Part shown: in pieces, positions 62,545-64,000 of the stretch | How the letters are laid out: each line of letters starts with the position of its first letter | How positions within the stretch are numbered: position 1 is the first letter of the stretch | NCBI GenBank assembly: GCA_963740315.1 | Contig: CAVUDP010000002.1 | Span: forward strand, 928,001-992,000 | Reading direction: 5' to 3' | DNA: 64,000 nucleotides | DNA from: an uncultured cyanobacterium | GTDB lineage: Bacteria > Cyanobacteriota > Cyanobacteriia > Cyanobacteriales > Nostocaceae | Translations under genes and position numbers: made by a program | Notes under the pieces: generated by a model | Database searches by the model: none | What the model saw: only the letters and a program-made list of their open reading frames with translations | What the model was told of the DNA's origin: nothing

Positions 62545-63414
62545 ATGAAAGCATCTGCAAAATTCGACTTTGAGGACGAGAAGTTCAATGCACCACCTTC
62601 TCGTGTTGTCCCTTGGTGTCAAATGATAAATCCGAGATATGGAACTGATGGGGTAAGTTCCTACGGTTTGGCGATTAAGTTAGAAAATGCCCGTGCTGTT
62701 GGCTTTGTACCGGATGAAGATTGGCAGCAGGTAGAACATCAATTTAGTACGTCGGTTGAAACGGTTCTTATCAATACAACCCCAAATATAGTTATAGTAC
62801 GTCGGGGACCTTTATCGGTAAAAGACCGCGAAACAAATACAAAGTTAGGAACTCTCAAAGATAATTATGATGCTTTTAAAGAGGACAAGCTTAAATTTAA
62901 AACTTTTACTCGCTATTTAATTTTTTTGGCAGGGAAAGATAAGAATTTTTTACATGAATTACCTTTACAATTAACTCTCAATGGTGCGGCTGGAGCAAGT
63001 TTTAGTAAAGCTTACTGCGAATATCAGCAAGGAAGAGCAACTAGTGGATTTGTAGCCGAATTAGAAAGGGCATATGCCGGATATCGCCGTCAAGCCACAA
63101 CCCCAAAAGGACCTTTATTTCACGCTCACGGTATTTTTTCACCGATAATTGAATGTGAAGAAAGAGGAATTGCCACAAATACCGTTTTAGTTGCTGCAAC
63201 TGTAGACTATAAGCATCCTACAGTTTCAACATTAACTAATTATTTGATTGCTTCAGACTCAAAGGAATCTGCATTGATTTCCAAGAATTTTGAAGAATAC
63301 AAAGATTTTGCCAAAGAACCAGTCAAAACAGAAACACGCCCAATGGCAGTAGCGGGAGTTTCTAGTTCTTACCTTTACCCAGATGAAGAAGATTTTGGGT
63401 ATCCGCCGTATTAA
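62545..63414 (+). CDS. Conserved cyanobacterial protein (DUF5895-like)
   Basis: PWCQMINP and LHELPLQL..GAAGASF patterns; family name from recollection. Confidence 0.65.
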   Translation: MKASAKFDFEDEKFNAPPSRVVPWCQMINPRYGTDGVSSYGLAIKLENARAVGFVPDEDWQQVEHQFSTSVETVLINTTPNIVIVRRGPLSVKDRETNTKLGTLKDNYDAFKEDKLKFKTFTRYLIFLAGKDKNFLHELPLQLTLNGAAGASFSKAYCEYQQGRATSGFVAELERAYAGYRRQATTPKGPLFHAHGIFSPIIECEERGIATNTVLVAATVDYKHPTVSTLTNYLIASDSKESALISKNFEEYKDFAKEPVKTETRPMAVAGVSSSYLYPDEEDFGYPPY

Positions 63415-63640
63415 GGGATGGGGAGATGGGGGGACAAGGGGATGGGGAGATGGGGAGATGGGGAATAGTTAGGAGTTAGGAGTTAGGAGTTAGGAGTTAG
63501 GAGTGAAGAAAGCTCCGGGAGCGGAGGAAGAAAATAAATAATTAGTTTTCTAATAAAAAAATTAATTTCTTCCCCTGCCCCCTCTGCCTCCTCTGCCTCC
63601 TCTACCCCCTCTCCCCCCTCTACCCCCTCTACCCCATCCC

Positions 63641-64000
63641 TCACTCCTCCTCGCCCATTGCTAAACCTGCTAAATAAGCAGTTGTCCAAGCGCTTTGGAA
63701 GTTAAAGCCGCCGGTGATGCCGTCGATATCGAGAATTTCTCCGGCAAAATATAGTCCTTCTACTAAGCGGCTTTCCATTGTCTTGAAGTTGACTTCTTTG
63801 AGTTTAATTCCGCCGCAGGTGACAAATTCGTCTTTGAAAACTCCTTTACCGCTAATAATGTATTGTCCTTGAGTTAGTTCTTGGACTAATTTATTTAAAG
63901 CTTTTTTAGGTAATTCAGCCCAGCGGGTTTCTTTATCAATACCGGCGCGGGATATGAGATATTGCCACAAGCGATGCGGTAATTTTATTCCTCGGTGTAG
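63641..64000 (-). CDS. HI0933/BaiN family flavoprotein, 3' part (runs off the window)
   Basis: VTCGG, TMES and GE.LD.DG.TGGFNFQ.A motifs. Confidence 0.92.
   Translation of the reverse strand, partial: LHRGIKLPHRLWQYLISRAGIDKETRWAELPKKALNKLVQELTQGQYIISGKGVFKDEFVTCGGIKLKEVNFKTMESRLVEGLYFAGEILDIDGITGGFNFQSAWTTAYLAGLAMGEEE

Larger units (their letters stand above)
1..64000. repeat. HIP1 octamer GCGATCGC dispersed throughout
   Basis: Many copies, e.g. 2233, 3509, 4358, 7126, 11693, 12739. Confidence 0.95.

Noticed and set aside
1..64000. rRNA, tRNA, prophage or integrase genes
   Set aside because: No such signatures recognised by eye; tRNAscan/Infernal could not be run.

Overview
AT-rich chromosomal window from a cyanobacterium, most likely filamentous and heterocyst-forming. 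This is inferred from dense HIP1 octamers (GCGATCGC), heptamer STRR arrays between genes, and a Ser/Thr-kinase/AAA/GAF/His-kinase fusion. About 1-32 kb is a general-stress-type cluster: Mn-catalase, USP, CsbD, GlsB, TrkH, Na/Ca antiporter, SDR, two DUF2294 genes, a P450, several PAS/CHASE3 kinases with Rcp1-like receivers, and a NarL/LuxR regulator. Many of its promoters share an 18-bp pseudo-palindrome. From 32 to 64 kb are lysC, a REP-associated tyrosine transposase with flanking repeats, a cupin/cysteine-hydrolase/amidohydrolase group, a deleted subtilase-RTX gene, signalling kinases, a CNT nucleoside transporter, rlpA, panC-cmk, sodN-sodX, purM and several conserved hypotheticals. The strongest unusual signals are: (1) an Rpn-type nuclease with a perfect internal AGGAGG+ATG and a downstream alternative C-terminal cassette sharing a 29-bp direct repeat; (2) a 24-nt double-hairpin element inserted exactly into a HIP1 site, splitting the P450; (3) a CTAG-joined tandem array of MITE-like units carrying alternating REP hairpin cargo; (4) several cryptic or frameshifted genes missing from the ORF track. 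No rRNA, tRNA or CRISPR array was recognised. All family calls come from motif recognition, not database searches.
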